NCBI GenBank assembly: GCA_043228905.1
Contig: JBHGNT010000003.1
Location: 22,940,001-23,004,000, forward strand
DNA from: Azolla caroliniana
Taxonomy: Eukaryota > Plantae > Polypodiophyta
Reading direction: 5' to 3'
DNA: 64,000 bases
Positions 63,322-64,000 of the stretch are shown here, in pieces. A model generated the notes under the pieces. It did no database searches. It worked only from the letters and a program-made list of their open reading frames with translations, and had not been told where the DNA came from. Position 1 is the first letter of the stretch. Each line of letters opens with the position of its first letter. The position numbers and the translations under genes were made by a program.

Positions 63322-64000
63322 TTAATTTTCATAAAAAAAAACGTGTTTTTTCTCCTCCCCCTTCCTTCTTTTATAGATGCTCTCATGCTTATGATGCATG
63401 TGAGGGTACAAGACATGCATAAATTGCATGTTTGCCACATCTTGGTATATATATTCATGGATCCCTAGAAGGAATTTAGTTGTCTTCCTCTCAACTCTCT
63501 TTGTAGTGCTTAATGATGGTCCATCTAAATTTTTAGAAACAAAGTCGTGTAATCTTGGTCTAGCCCACATTTTTATCATGACGAAAATTGCCTTAGAGGT
63601 GTCTTTAAATCGTTGTCTGTGTGGCTTTCGAGTAAGGTTTCGTGCAACATTTGTCAAGAAATCCCATAGTGCATTCTTTCCACCAAACTTTCCAGCTCGA
63701 TGAGCCTCAATAATGTTATTACAAAATCTTCGAACATCCTTCCATTCCACACTCTCAAGGGATGCTTCCTTGAGAGTCATTACCTTTACCGAAAGCATTG
63801 CAACTTTGCAAGCTAGCCACCATATTTTTCTATGAGCACAATGGATAGTTTGCTTAGAACTTGGAAATTCCTTTCTTGTCTCTTCTTGAGTAAGATAATC
63901 TGGTCACCTATCCTCCCCAGTTCCTCGATTACCTCTTTTGACTTTAGCCCTATGCTCCCTATACACCCTCATACGGAAATCATTACATTTTGGAAATCTT
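63322..64000 (-). pseudogene. Fragment of an uncharacterised protein, possibly a P-element-like transposase
   Basis: Protein-like ORF FCNNIIEAHRAGKFGGKNALWDFL...NLDGPSLSTTKR that degrades after ~63430. Confidence 0.35.

Overview
AT-rich eukaryotic nuclear DNA, most likely a non-seed land plant (inferred from GT-AG introns, a SABATH methyltransferase, plant-type tRNA primer sites and a Tcn1/sushi-like chromovirus). The window is mostly nested transposons: at least 7 Ty1/copia elements or fragments, one intact young Ty3/gypsy chromovirus, a young gag-only LTR element, two solo LTRs, a LINE remnant, a Mutator-type MITE and a foldback palindrome array. The only recognisable host gene is a SABATH methyltransferase pseudogene (32248-33745). 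Main observation: four separately inserted gypsy-type LTR elements, plus one TIR element, carry tRNA-type Pol III promoter cassettes with the same 43-nt A-box to B-box start spacing; in the LTRs they lie antisense in U3. The intact chromovirus also shows a tRNA-independent self-priming signal and a -1 frameshift signal. All alignments were done by eye; coordinates of degenerate elements are approximate.
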